Below are positions 5,002 through 5,058 of a stretch of DNA of 5,058 nt, piece after piece. The stretch is taken from the IMG/VR virus record IMGVR_UViG_2693429560_000008; one strand, written 5' to 3'. How positions within the stretch are numbered: the first letter of the stretch is position 1; every line of letters begins with the position of its first letter. The notes beneath the pieces are model-generated. The model worked only from the letters and a program-made list of their open reading frames with translations, ran no database searches and was not told the DNA's origin. The translations under genes were made by a program, and so were the position numbers. The stretch is from a virus. Its lineage: Duplodnaviria > Heunggongvirae > Uroviricota > Caudoviricetes.

Positions 5002-5058
5002 TTACCTAGTTACCTTTTTTAACTGCCGCTCAGCCCATGCTTCTTCAATATCAAACCG
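5002..5058 (-). CDS. 3' end of an upstream minus-strand gene, possibly the Q antiterminator (partial)
   Basis: Two minus-strand frames stay open to the window edge: one ends ...RFDIEEAWAERQLKKVTR with stop at 5002-5004, the other ...GLILKKHGLSGS with stop at 5019-5021. The frame cannot be resolved. Identity is inferred only from position upstream of the pR'-like promoter. Confidence 0.2.
   Translation of the reverse strand, partial: RFDIEEAWAERQLKKVTR

Noticed and set aside
1-5058. CRISPR array, IS element or transposase
   Set aside because: No short regularly spaced repeats, no transposase-like ORF and no terminal inverted repeats flanking the duplicated blocks; the repeats are long direct segmental repeats.

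Overview
The window reads as the late-control region of a lambdoid, Stx-phage-like prophage transcribed right-to-left on the minus strand, with an unusual segmental duplication laid over it. In transcription order: the 3' end of an upstream gene (position matches the Q antiterminator; frame unresolved), a pR'-like promoter and tR'-like terminator, a small helix-turn-helix-like protein, a beta-class N6-adenine DNA methyltransferase, then three rare-codon tRNAs (Ile-CAT, Arg-TCG, Arg-TCT) in the ileZ-argN-argO arrangement. The slot after the tRNAs, where Stx phages carry stx, holds no recognisable toxin. Instead it contains unknown cargo: a 117-aa minus-strand ORF and an AT-rich 111-aa plus-strand ORF with its own promoter. 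A 1374-bp unit (cargo block A, the tRNA cluster and the 3' third of the methyltransferase) is present twice in tandem. Block A (about 640 bp) and block B (657 bp) are essentially identical between copies, but the segment between them differs: 36 bp with a terminator in copy 1, 656 bp with the 117-aa ORF in copy 2. The duplication junction truncates the copy-1 methyltransferase. All protein functions other than the methyltransferase and the tRNAs are unassigned; family resemblances are from memory and could not be searched.
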